Notes: a model not told the origin generated them from the sequence alone. A stretch of DNA of 63,884 nucleotides, filler included, from Octopus bimaculoides (GCF_001194135.2; 5 parts of 4 records of this genome joined end to end with filler, not necessarily neighbours in it); one strand, 5' to 3'. Positions 28,064 through 41,420 are shown, numbered from the whole stretch's first letter. Program-made: numbers and translations.

Positions 28064-29549
28064 GGAATGGAGGAATTTCAACCATGTTTCGTGGTCTGCT
28101 ATCACAACAGCTCCTTTATAGGATCCAGTTAGCTGAAGACATCATCAGGAGGAACCACGTCCGGTTTCGGCCCCTACTCCTCTACCGTTTTGACGTGGCG
28201 GGGCCCCGCCTAGGTGGGACGCCAGTCCGTCACAGGATTACTCACTTTTGCCAGCTGAGTGGACTGGAGCAACCTGAAATGAAGTGTTTTGCTCAAAAAC
28301 ACAACGCGTTGCCCAGCCCAGGAATCGAAACCACAATCTTACGATCATGAGTCCAACACCCTAACCACTAAACCACGCTCCTCCACAGTATCAGTAGTAG
28401 TAGAAAGGGAGAACTGAGAGATGAATGGTAAGGATAAATGCTGTTGGGTTTATGAAATTTAGGATAATAGTAAATAAAATTAAAAGAAGTTAAGATAGTG
28501 AGAGAAAAGGAAGGGGCAAATCTTGAGTGAGGGGAAGGGGTCAATTTTATTCAAGGGGTGCAGTGAAAGGTGAGTTTCAGGAATACGAATGGTTCGGCGG
28601 TGAAGAGTGAGTGGTTTTGGTTGCCTCAAAGAGGCAAGGAGGAGATAGGGGAATGGAATTCAAAGAATGAGGATAGAGGTGACAATAAGAGGGGATGTGC
28701 AGTGTCGGAGGATATTAACAAAGGTAGCGTTAAGGTGAAGACCCCTTCGGTCATAAACGACCATGAGATTGCACCAAAGAAGTTACCCTCCGAAGCACAA
28801 GTCCGAGCCAGGTTGTTTATGGAAGACCAGCAGTCACCCATGCATGACACTTTTCCCTCTCCATGCAGCCGATGTTATCCAAGTGAAAAGCAAGGCTGAT
28901 ACAGTTTGGCACCAGTGAGGTCGCAACTCATTTCTACAGCTGAGTGAACTGGAGCAACGTGAAATAAAGTGTCATGCTCAAGAACACAACACACAGCCCA
29001 GTTCAGGAATCGAACTCACACTGTAATTACTGAGCCATGCACCTTCACAAAGGTAATATTAAGAAGACCTATATTTAGTAGAATGTTTATGTTACTCGTG
29101 TGATGAAGTTGTAACTTAATATGACGATTATCGTAATTAGGGAGTCACACAGATTTCGCACAATGGGAAAATGATGCGTAGTACCTCTGTTTATACGAAA
29201 GGATTACATCTGAGAATATATCAAGTAATGAAGAGTTGTGGTTTCGATAGATGGTGATCGATTCCCTTAAACACAGATTACAAACGACAAGGTTATTGTA
29301 CAAACGCTAAGGTTATTGTTGTTAATGAGCAGGATAGCGTGTCAGGAATATTTGGGGATTTGAGGTTGTGTATACCAGTTGCTAAAGAGGTAGATGATTT
29401 AAAAGTTAGATAGGAGACAGTGTTCATATGTGCTCGGTAACATTGCTTGATATCAACAGGGCCATCAATATCGACAATTGAGTCCTACAAAGTGTTTCTA
29501 TATTCAGATTCTCTCGATCTCGTCTATTGACTCTCTCTCTCTCTCTCTC

Positions 29550-29581
<32 letters not shown>

Positions 29582-30062
29582 NNNNNNNNNNNNNNNNNNN
29601 NNNNNNNNNNNNNNNNNNNNNNNNNNNNNNNNNNNNNNNNNNNNNNNNNNNNNNNNNNNNNNNNNNNNNNNNNNNNNNNNNNNNNNNNNNNNNNNNNNNN
29701 NNNNNNNNNNNNNNNNNNNNNNNNNNNNNNNNNNNNNNNNNNNNNNNNNNNNNNNNNNNNNNNNNNNNNNNNNNNNNNNNNNNNNNNNNNNNNNNNNNNN
29801 NNNNNNNNNNNNNNNNNNNNNNNNNNNNNNNNNNNCATCTACTCGCTAGAAATAGCAGCAAAAATACTACATACCACAAAAGTTAGGGATAATTTCGAAA
29901 GGAAATGAAAAATAAAAACTTTTACCAATCTATATTCTGTACCATGGTTTCAAGTCAATTTTAGTAAGATAAAGATTATATCTTACAAGGTCAGATGGTA
30001 TGTAGTATTTTTGCTGCTATTTCTAGCGAGTAGATGTCCTATTATAGGCGTCTCTGCATTTC

Positions 30063-30093
<31 letters not shown>

Positions 30094-30113
30094 ATATATA
30101 TAAATACATGGGC

Positions 30114-30154
30114 AGTGACTTCGAAGTTTCGGCCAGCTTTGCCATCATTGGACT
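30114..30154 (-). ncRNA. Decayed hammerhead motif with inverted partial copy (30172-30189)
   Basis: AGU-CCAAUGA-UGGC...GCC-GAAA-C-UUCGAA-GUC-ACU; palindrome ACUUCGAAGU. Another fragment lies at ~11015-11036. Confidence 0.45.
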
Positions 30155-30263
30155 ATATATGACAAAGTTAACCGAAACTTCGAAGTCACAGTCAATAAAA
30201 TTATTGTTAACGAATATTAAATATATATATGTTTGTCCATATACGCATATATGTATGTGCGTT

Positions 30264-30346
<83 letters not shown>

Positions 30347-30651
30347 GTGTGTGTGTAAGTGTGTGTGTAAGTGTGTGTGTAAGTGTATGTGTAAGTGTGT
30401 GTGTAAGTGTGTGTGTGTATACATATATATATATGTATGTATATATATATGCATGTATAGATACATGTATATATCATATTTATAGGCACATATTTATTAT
30501 ATACATATGCATACACATACATATATATGTAATTAGATATATATACATGTGTATATATATATATATATATATATATNNNNNNNNNNTGATTGACCGTTGA
30601 CTGAACACTATTCAATTTTTTTTCTCCGTGTTTTTCTCCTTGTCTCCGTAT

Positions 30652-30688
30652 TCTTTCTGTTGAAGAGCGTAGCTCGAAACGTCAAAGA
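30652..30688 (+). ncRNA. Minimal hammerhead-like motif in a Penelope-type terminal fragment (~30590-30785)
   Basis: UCUUU-CUGUUGA-A-GAGC(GUA)GCUC-GAAA-C-GUC-AAAGA; A6 is replaced by U. A more decayed copy lies at 7133-7169. Confidence 0.6.
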
Positions 30689-31075
30689 CTTTCCGTATTC
30701 CCGAGCGTCATACTAATATATACTTTTGTTATTTACACCACCTGTCCTCGTCTGTTGTTATTATTTGTATATTCTCCCATATATAATTAATATGTACATA
30801 TAGACAAAAATCAATTTATTATTGTGCAGGATAGAACAGGTTGTCTACGTAGTCCATCAAAATCAATGTTCTGCCGTCTTCTTTTTAACAAGGTGGGTGT
30901 GTTTGTATCTGACGGCTACAGCAAGCCAGTTTAAATGTACTTAATGGCTGAAGTAAACATGTTGGAATACGAAGGAAACTGAAAGAGTTGAGGTGAAATA
31001 TCGATAGAATGTCTTATGTATATCCAGCGTAACAGAAAGCGTGAGTCAAATTGAGGTGGGGTGAGGAGATAGATA

Positions 31076-31332
31076 TTGGGTTGGTGTATAATTATTGCGA
31101 CTTTTTTTCAACAAATTTTATTCAACAAAAACAATAACAATATTTAACAAAAGCATTTTTAAATGACGGTCTGTCCGTCTGCAAATCAAATGGGAAGCAG
31201 TAATTGAAGTAGATGGTGAATATGCTCCGGAATAATCATTTAAAGATGTTTTTGTTACATGTTGTTATTGTTTTTGTTGAATAAAATTTCTTGAAGAAAA
31301 AAAAAAGCCGCAATAATTATGCACCAACCCAA
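31076..31332. mobile_element. Mariner MITE with Hsmar1/MADE1-like TIRs
   Basis: TA|TTGGGTTGGTGTATAATTATTGCG ... CGCAATAATTATGCACCAACCCAA|TA. Confidence 0.88.
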
Positions 31333-31446
31333 TAGTTAATGGCTGAGGTAAACATGTTGGAATACGAAGGAAACTGAAAGCGTTGCGGTGAAATTTCGAT
31401 AGAATGTCTTATGCATTTCCAACATAACAGAAAGCGTGAGTCAAAT

Positions 31447-31690
31447 GCGGCGAGCTGGCAGAATCGTTAGCACGCCGGGTGAAATGCTTAGCGGTATTTC
31501 GTCTGCCTTTATGTTCTGAGTTCAAATTCCGCCGAGGTCGACTTTGCCTTTCATCCTTTCGGGGTCGATAAATTAAGTACTAGCTACGCACTGGGGTCGA
31601 TGTAATCGACTTAATCCCTTTGTCTGTCCTTGTTTGTCCTCTCTATGTTTAGCCCCTTGTGGGCAATACAGAAATAAGAAAGCGCAAGTC
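31447..31690 (+). mobile_element. Young Meta-like SINE with ~17-bp target duplication
   Basis: AGAAAGCGTGAGTCAAA before and AGAAAGCGCAAGTCAAA after. Confidence 0.85.
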
Positions 31691-33739
31691 AAAATTGAAG
31701 TGGGGTAAGGAGATAGATAGATAAAAAGGTAGAGGTGGAGAAATTAGGGGTGGCCGATGACAGTGATGTGGTTGATACGGGAGCAAAGATGGCGATTGCA
31801 CCCAGCGAGAATATTTTTTCGACAATTTTTCTTTTAAATTCTTTTGTTGACTTCACAAATCTCACCTGTTTTTTTCTTATCGCATGGCTGTAGGAAAAAC
31901 CTTCTGCCGTTATTCCTTTGTTTGACCAGCCTCCCCTGCTTTTGAACTGTCTGCTATATCACTTGTGATGTGCTGGTGGCCGCTGATATCTGAAGAACCA
32001 AAACAAATCACTATGTCACATCCTCCCAACACTGGACGATCTCGTTCAGTTGCATGTTTATCACATCATACAGTTCTATATTCAGAACCCACGGGCATAT
32101 GGCGTAGTGGTTAAGAGCGAGTTCAAATTCCGTCGAGGTCGACTTTGCTTTTCATCCTTTAGGGGGTCGATAAATTAAATACCAGTTACGCACTGTGGTC
32201 TATGTAATCGACTTTATCCCTTTGTCTGTCCTTGTTTGTCTCCCTTATGTTTAGCCCCTTGTAGGCAAGAAAGAAATAAGAAACGTTCGCACGCCGGGCG
32301 AAATGCTTAGCGGTATTTCGTCTTTTTTACGTTCCGAGTTCAAATTCCGCCGAGGTCGACTGTGCCTTAAATCCTTTCGGGGTCGATAAATTAAGTACCA
32401 GTTGCGTACTGGAGTCGATCTAATCGACTGGCCCCTTCCCCCAAAAATTTCGGGCCTTGTACCTAGAGTAGAAAAGAACGTGAAGTGAAATGCTTTTCTG
32501 AAGGATGCGTGTTGCGTTTCCGACTGTTAATCGAGCCCACGACGTTGTGATTGGAAGCCTAGTTATCTAATCACTACACCACACATGCGAGAGTGTGGAG
32601 GTTGGGTGCTCCAGAAAATTTTATGAAATATTATTGTTTTGCTCTAAACCAACAATGATTGAGCTGATTTATGATAAAAGGCATTCCATCCATGATCACC
32701 TCTTTTATTCAGATAGTAGAAAAAGAGACTACACGATTCAACTAATGAGTGTTTTTTAAAATATGTAGCTTAGGAGTCATTTGATTGCTATTTTTAGCAG
32801 GTCAAGTGACCATGTTGAAACTCTTTAAGCGGCTTGTTTTCTATTGATTCGATCACTGTGGGTGGCAAAATCTAGTAATTTAAATGCTTCTGATTTTCCT
32901 CCACCCACGGAAAGAAGATGTTTCCCCTACACTCTTTCTGTAGCTAAGAGCAGTGAAGCCGATACTGAAGTGCTGTTGTTCCCTTGAGACGAGTACTGTT
33001 CATCCTTCCTGCTATAGGCAGTTCATAGCATTTTTCTAACTTTTCGTTACCTTCGTCCATCCCTCTACTATCTAACAAGAAAACAACATCGATTAATCAA
33101 CACCCATTTTTACTCGTTTATTGACTATGACAATGTTTGGTCGTAAATTCAATTTGCCTGACGACTTGGTATTTCGTTTCCCGTACGAACTTTACATGGA
33201 TGTTTCAAAGACGTATTCTGTTTTGTGGTTATATAACTTTTTCTACGTGTTCAAATTCAAATTTATGTTTTTAAAGATTCGCCAATGTAAAGTTGTAGTA
33301 ACTTTGTCAGGTCTCCAGTTCTTATAAACCTTACGAGCAAACATCTTATTACATGCTTACATGTTCGACTTTATGTGCAATCGTCTCTTTTGTTTTAGTA
33401 TGCATTTTACATGCAACCGAGATGTATTCTTTATTTATAACAAGACGTATAGATAGAGAGATATGTTACAGAGAGATAGAGATAGATAGCGAGCGATGGA
33501 TAGAGAGATATACATAAAGAGATGTTACGTCACTGACACTAGAAAAATAAAAGGTAAATATTTTAAAATCTTTCAAAGACGTGAATGCAATATAAAAAGC
33601 AATATTTTAAATTCTACTAATTTTTAATATGTAAAAAATGCCACAGAACTGCTATTATTAGAAGTAGGAAGGTCGGGTTTGTGTAGGATGAAAGATTGCA
33701 AAGATAAAGCACTATACAAGAAATTAAAAGCGAATGAAA

Positions 33740-34553
33740 CTGAAAATGTGTGGATAAAGAAGGCATGGTCAATTACATAGGGATGTTGAAGATAAGACAG
33801 ACAGAGAAAAAAGATGATTTAAAACCGGAAACGTAGACTCTAGTCAGTGCTGCCCAAGTGCAAGCACTAAGAACAAACTACATAAAATACAGAATAGACA
33901 ACACATCAGAAAGTGATAAGTGCAGAATCTGAGGACAAAACGATGAAACCATATGTCATATTACTAGCCAGTGTACGTCACTAGCCCATAAAGAATATAA
34001 GAGATACCACGACAATATGGTCAGGCTTGTCCATTGGACACTTTGCAACAAGTATGGACTTGACAGAGAAGAAAATTGGTACGACCACGAACCTGAAGGC
34101 ACCGTCGAAAATGGAAATGCAAAGATCCTATGGGATTTTATGATTCAGTTTGACCATGAGACAGAGAATAGAAAGTCAGACATAGTCTTAATTGAGAAAG
34201 AAAACAAAATCTGCTGGATCATAGATATCACATGCCCAGTTGACAACAAGGTATGCGATAAGGAAGAAAGAAAAGTCGAGAGATATGATAAGTTAGCTTG
34301 GGAGGTTAAGCAGTTGTGGTCGATGAAAAAGGTGGTAGTAGTACCAATAATTGTCGGAGCCCTGGGAACAGTGAGCAAAAATCTCGAGAAGTACGTGGAA
34401 CAAATAGGGGCTGCACTTGCAGAAAACAGCACTGCTTGGAACCGCTGGAATACTCCGGAAGGTGCTCGAAAAATAAGAGGTGTTACCTTAGTTCACTGGT
34501 AGGGTACAGCTGACACCGTAATACATCTCCAGCGTTAGAAGGTGTGCAAAGGC

Positions 34554-34610
<57 letters not shown>
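33740..34610 (+). mobile_element. R4/Dong-clade (RLE) non-LTR retrotransposon 3' end with (TAA)n tail
   Basis: LKPET, CCHC knuckle CRI*GQNDETICHITSQC, RYHD, ILWDF, SDIVL..., IID, VVPIIVGALG, KTALLGT. Confidence 0.9.
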
Positions 34611-34910
34611 CACATAGAAGAAATAGGGGCTGCAATAAGGGTGGAGCACTTGAAGAAAACAGCACTGTTTGGAACCGCTTGAATACTCCGGATGGTACTC
34701 GAAAAATAAAGGGTTTCTTTAATTTATTGGTAGTGAGCAGCTGACACCGTAGTACGTCTCCAGCGTTAGAAGCTGTGCAAAGACAAGAAGAAGAAGAAGA
34801 AAGAGGAGGAGGAGAAGGAGAAGAAGAAGAAGAAGAAGAAGAAGAAGAAGAAGAAGAAGAAGAAGAAGAAGAAGAAGAAGAAGAAAAAGAAGAAGAAGAA
34901 GAAGAAGAAT
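34610..34910 (+). mobile_element. Second, shorter R4/Dong 3' end followed by (GAA)n
   Basis: Repeats the last ~175 nt of the preceding copy. Confidence 0.85.
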
Positions 34911-34966
34911 GAACAGGATATTGGTTGCAGTGCTCTATAATTCTGGTCTCATATCACGCTGAGTTA

Positions 34967-35034
<68 letters not shown>

Positions 35035-35151
35035 AACAAAAGATAGGAATTAAAAATTCCAAGCAGTTATCAATAAAGCACTCAGTTTGAAACGAATTTC
35101 TTTAACTACATCAAACAATAAGACACCGATAAATGGAAGTAGATAGATAAG

Positions 35152-35204
<53 letters not shown>

Positions 35205-38200
35205 GTACATATATATATGTGTGTATGCATACATGTGTGTTCGTCGTATATATATATGGTAAAGTGTTTGTTGGAAGGTTAACGTCTTAATAATTTTTTG
35301 TTGTTTTGTTAAATTCCCACAGAAACGTTGAAACAATCGTGATAATTTACGAGTGAAGCTATCTTATTGCTTGTTCAACGTACTAGCTGACTTCACTTTG
35401 ACATAATGACTGATATACATTAAAAGATAAAAAGAAAAAAAAACAGAAAGACACAAGAAAAATACAAGAAAAATAGGTAAGAAACCAAGAAAAAAGCTAG
35501 CAAAACTCAATGGACAAAACAGAATGGCCTTTTAATAATCACGTGAATTGAATAGCTTGATGCAGTAAACGAGTCTCTCTAAATGATCTCTCTTTCATTT
35601 TTTGTCTCTCTAAATGATCTCTCTTTCATTTTTTGTCTCTCCTTCTCCATCTTCTTTCCAATAAATCCTGTTTTTGCTGAGATATAAATCTCAAGATGAT
35701 GCTTTCTTCACAATGAAATACAGGTCATGAGATGATGTAATTTAGAGATAGACAACCAAAGCTAATTTAAACAAGATGCGATGTGGACTTCTGAATAATG
35801 GAATACGCGTTAATCCCGTGAAGTGAAGGCGCGTGGTTCAATGGTTTGGGCATTCGCCTCCTTGAGTTCGACTCCCGGTGACGCGTCATGTCTTTGAGTA
35901 AGACATTTTACTCCACTCAGCTGGAAAAAGGAAAATGAGTTGTACTTGTATTTCAAAGAGCCAGCCTTGTCACATTGTGTGTCATGTTGAACCTCCTTGA
36001 GAACTTGAGAACGTTGTTATGGGTTCGCGTGTCTGTGGAGTGCTCAGCCACTTGCACGTTATTTTTCGGATCATCTGGAACCCTCGTCGTCGTAACAAAC
36101 GGAGTGTAAATTCTGTTTAATCCAGTAGATATATCGAGTTAAAAATTTATAGAATATTTTTTTATTCATTTGCTCATAGACCTAGTTTTTTTTCTTTATT
36201 TTTTCATAGAAATTAATACAATAAATTTTCTTTTATGAATTCTTCTTACGCACTGGGAAAAAGAATAAAAGAAAAGAAAAGATATTGGTGTATCTCAGGC
36301 AAAATGGTTTTAGTCTACTACAGAGAGGTAACAGGGTGACGCCGTAGTAGGATGGTGAGAGGGGGTGCTATGCTACGTGAAGGAAAGCTGAGGTATGTGG
36401 AAAGAATGAACGGGTAGAAAGATAATGGGAGTGGGTTAGTGGTTGTCGATGGCGAAACCAACGGCTAAGAGTGAAAGATGGAAGAATTGAGCAAGGAAGA
36501 GAAAACCGTGGAGGACTGACAAAATGAAAGATTTTTAATTTTTTAATTTCTTCAACTTTTTTCAATTCTTTCAAAATCAATTTTTTCAATTCTTTCCATT
36601 TCTCTTTTCAATTTTTTTCAATTTTTTCAATTTTTCAATTTCAATTTTTTTTTCATTTTGCCATTTCTTCACCGTTTTTACATCCTTGCGCACTTCTACA
36701 ATTTTCCATCTTAGCTGTTGGTTTTCCCATCGACAAACTGCTAAAATTCCAAGTAATACCTCCTCCTTCTACCTGTTAATTCTTTTCTCCTAATTCAGCT
36801 TTACTTCTCTTAGCATATCATCCCTTCTCACCAGCCTATTAAGACGTCACACTGTTATCTCTCTGTAATAGACTAAAAAAAATAATAAAACAGGTTTGAA
36901 ATGTATATTTAGAAAATGTCATATCATGCATGCAAATCATAAACCATATTCATAAAATTTTAATAAAAGCCTACACTCGCCAACTCACCCAAGCACACAT
37001 GCACACACACACACACACACGCACACACACATACACACATATGATAAAATATACAAGAACAAATACATAAACTAACAAAAACCCGCCCAGGACAGAGTTT
37101 GCTTGTTCCTACATTTGTGTTGCCCATATATGTACATGTGTGGGTGACTGGTTATTTAATGTCATTGTGGGGTTGTGTTTAAATTTGTAAATTTATATAG
37201 GCGCAAGTGTGGGAAAAATCTTGCGACTTACCACTTTAATAATTTATAATTATCACTTTACCATTTTACTCAATCAGACACTGATTAGTATGCTAATTTC
37301 TATAAACTGACAAATCGAATTAGCTTAACCCTAGGCAACGTAGTTGCAGCACCAATGGGGATTAATTCAATCCGAAATCACCGGTGACCTGGCGCCTTCG
37401 CTTGCTGTTGGGAATTGACAGTGCTCTTTGAACTGTTCGTTACTAAAGGTTGTCTTGTTCGTGATTAAAAGTTGACTAAAATGCACTGTTCGTGACTAAT
37501 GACTCTTATTTCTAGCAATGCTGGTGCTGGCTTGAACCCTAAGTCACTTTTAGTGACGGTTTGTACTTGGGTCTTTTGGTTATATATATANNNNNNNNNN
37601 NNNNNNNNNNNNNNNNNNNNNNNNNNNNNNNNNNNNNNNNNNNNNNNNNNNNNNNNNNNNNNNNNNNNNNNNNNNNNNNNNNNNNNNNNNNNNNNNNNNN
37701 NNNNNNNNNNNNNNNNNNNNNNNNNNNNNNNNNNNNNNNNNNNNNNNNNNNNNNNNNNNNNNNNNNNNNCGTGAATGTAATTTATGCACGTCCACAAGTT
37801 AGCACGCATGTCACTCTAATTTTAGGAGGACATTCGTCAAGACCCTATCTGCATTTTCGTCAACTTTTTCTCTCAGAGGTATCCGCGTATAGCTGTAAAA
37901 ATCGATTTTCAACCATAACTTTTACCAATTTTGAAGTTTGCTAACCTGGCGAAGTGAAAGTATACGTGTGAGGGAGAGAGAGAATTTGTGTGTTGATGTA
38001 TATATGTGTGTGAAAGAGGGGAAGCGAGGGAGAGACAGAGATTGTTTGCCAGCGTCTAACAAAAAAAAAGTAAAGAAAAAGTGGGAGAGGGTGACAGAGT
38101 AAGTGTCAGCGTTCATGAAAAATGAAAATGTAAAATGCTTTTTTTTCTTAAACATGAGATATAGTTTCAAATATAGGATGTTTTTGGAAGACACTATATT

Positions 38201-39014
38201 TTGTAATGAGATTATACACACTCTCTCACACAACAATTAAAATATAGTTATTTTAAATCATTTATTTTAAATCGTTCATATTTCTCCTCCCTCTCACTCT
38301 CTCTCTCTCTCTCTCTCACACACACATACTACTTTGGGAGCGAAAGATTTAATTTATATTTCAGCTGAAGAAAAAAGTTTATTGATAATCCATTTATTTA
38401 ACAACAATGAAACAAAGAGGTCTGTAACAATTTGTCAGTGAATTACATAATATAAATGGGTAAAATTTCGAGGCTTCCACCACACCCCAACCCGTTTTTC
38501 GGACCACAAAAAGGCTCAGGCCAGGATAGTTGATTCCAAGCAAAACATCCGATTTATTTTTCTTAGTGAAAATCGTGCGAGTGTTATTTAAAAATTTAGC
38601 TGAATTTTTCATGGTAAATTTAAGATTTAAAAGAAAATTTTTTCCATATTCTTAATCTCCTTATTTTGGATCTTTCTGATTTGGCGGACACCATTTGTTT
38701 TCTAACGAAACACTTTCAAATTGGGACACTGGTAGAATGTGTCATATAAAACATCTTTTACTCTAAGTGTTGTTGAGAAAAGTTTATATTTTTAAAGTAA
38801 TTTCGTGTTAAAGTTGTCGTATTTAGGTAATTTCAACCAATCACTGACGTCTATTGAGGTGAAAACAATTACTGCTGTGGTTTGTCAACAACACGTTGTG
38901 GCGGTGTAATGGGATCTTTTCCCTTGAATAAAATTACTCCCGCTGTTTGTCAACAGCAACTATCAGCGGTACTGTCATTTATGACATCGTTCGTGCGTTT
39001 GTACTGGTTTTAGC

Positions 39015-39096
39015 TTTAGGGCTTTAGGGTTAAGGTTCGGATTTTAGAGTTAGGGTTAGGGTTAGGGTTTTAGGGTTAGGGTTAGGGTTAGGGTTA
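39015..39096 (+). repeat. Interstitial (TTAGGG)n telomere-like array
   Basis: About 7 perfect units plus degenerate units. Confidence 0.9.
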
Positions 39097-39354
39097 CGAG
39101 TATTTTTGCCAAATTTGGTGAAAAATTTGCGGCAGTGTATTGAACAGATTTTCACCAAATTTGGCAAAGATGAAAGTCATGCGAAGGAATATAAGAGATG
39201 CCTCTCGGATGGTAGCCGAACCAAGAAAGAAATGTCAAGCTTGGAGGAACACTGGCCACGTGGAAGGAGAGGAAAGAGGTAGGGGCAGAGGGATTGAAGA
39301 ATTAGGGAAGAACGAGAAAGAGAAAACAGAAAGGAAAGGGACAGAGTGAGTTAA

Positions 39355-40195
39355 AAGAGGAGGAATAAAGTCAGATTTACACAATTCGATATTGTAGATT
39401 TCTATGCATCTATTTCTAAAAGAACTGCTAGATAAAGCCCTGACTTTCACAGGCAATTTTACAGAGATTAGTGAACAAGATAAGGATATAATCTCCATGC
39501 CAGAAAGACCTTACTCTTCAGTGAGAACGCAGAGTGGGTCAAGACAGCAGACATAGAGATTCTTTCGATGTGAGCATGGGGTCATATGATGGAATAGGCA
39601 TATGCGATCTCATTGGGCTATTCCTGCTAGACATGTTAGGAAAAGCTTTTCTTGGTGTATATTTCGATATTTATAGGGACGATGCTCTAGAATACCGATG
39701 GACCAGCGCAAGATCGGTTAAGGAAGGATGTTATTCAACTTAGGAAAACATTTGATCTTAGCATAACAACCGATACCAACCCGATGGTGGTCAGTTTCCA
39801 TGACGTATCTCTAGATTTACAAAAGAATATTTACAAACCTTATAGGAAGCCAAACAAAGTTATATTAATGTAGGTTCCTTCCACCCCCACCCATAGTGCT
39901 TAAGAATTTAGTTAAGAATATTAGTAGGAGAATTTCTAACCTCTCCTCCAATATAAACAATTAATTATGCTGCCCCACTAGATAATAATGCCCTTAAAGC
40001 TAGTGGATTTAAAGAGGAAATAGATTACACCCCTACTATTAGACCAGAAATAAAGAAAAGGAAACATCGATACAGGAAAATTATCTGGTTCATACTCGAT
40101 TACTCCACCGAAATGACCTTTAATATCGGTAGATATTTCTTGTCACTTATAGATGGACATTTTCCAATACATCACAAATGTTTGTATATATATTT
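39355..40195 (+). mobile_element. Penelope-like element reverse transcriptase fragment (degraded)
   Basis: FDVSMGSYDG.GICDLIG, YRDD (39672-39683), KPYRKPN, RKIIWF, NIGRYFLSLIDGHFP.HHK are characteristic PLE RT/thumb motifs; frameshifted. Confidence 0.85.
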
Positions 40196-41420
40196 TATCT
40201 TTGTTATAATATTTTTATCTTATTTTCTTTTTCCGCCTATTAGAGTTACTTCCCCTATATTTTTTCAATTCAAGAAGCCTATTAGGCATGTTAATGATTA
40301 GATGACGAATATTCTCTTCAGAAATTTCTTGCCAAGTTTCATGCAGTAATCTCAAAAGATCTGGCTTTGAAGACGCTTTCTTGTTCTTTTTATGAAGTGT
40401 CATGTCAATTATGTCCCAGGGATGTTTAATAGGGTTCATATCTGGTGACTGGTTAGGCCATAGAAGCTTTTTTTATGCTAATCTCTTCCAGCAAATCTTG
40501 GGTCATTTTATCCGTGTGACAAGGAGCCATAAATCCGTGTGACAAGGAGCCACAAATAAAGAGTTTTCTTAAATTATTTTATCCCTTGAGAATATTGGAA
40601 GGCGTCCTTTCTGAAATATGAACATATTTATCTGAGTTTGTGTTTCCTTCACACTCCACCAGCTCTGATTGGCCATTGCTCCAAATTGCTCCCCAGACCA
40701 TCACAGAATAGCTGCTGTGTTTCATTGTTGGTTGCAATCTTTTCACATCAAATTCTTGATCACAAGGTCCTCATACCCACACACTCGACCACTATTAGAA
40801 AATACAGAAATTCTGGACTCATTGGAGAATATGAAAGTGTTCCGAAATGCTAGTGGCCTCTCCACCATCTTACTGGCCCAACCTTTTCTCCGCTTCGTAT
40901 TGGGTGGTCAAACAAGTGGTTCCCTTCTTGCTGCTCTGCCATAGTAACCAAGTTTGTGGAGATACTTGACAACTGTTCTGGGACTGACATCAAACTGTTC
41001 TGCTATGTCAGAGGTCTTGCAACGAAGATCATGCTCCACACTTCTCTTAACAAAGAGAAAGGTCTTGTCAGAGGGCCCTTGTCAACCTGGGCGAAGTGAT
41101 GTGGACTCCTTTCCCTCTCTGGTGAATTACACAATCACTCTATTAAATGTAGAAAGCGAGATCCCAAGGTTTTCCTCAATTGACTTACCCACTTCCTGAA
41201 ATTGCCGGCCCAAAGCCAAAATTGTGGATCCAATATTTCGAGGTAGAGGCTCTTTGTCAAGAAAAAGGAATATATGAAGAAATAAGAGAAAATTAGTTTT
41301 ATGTGTATAATTGAATGACGAAGGCTGTGTTTGGTCTTGCGGCTTGGACTCGGTTTGAAAAGAAATTGTATTAGTGTTCATGCTTCGATCCACTCTGGTT
41401 CAACACTTCAAAACGTTTCC
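40195..41420 (-). mobile_element. Degraded Tc1-like (DD34E) transposon truncating the PLE
   Basis: FSNES...RVW, PTMKH...VMVWGAI, WPNQSPDMNPIKHPWD motifs. Termini approximate. Confidence 0.85.
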
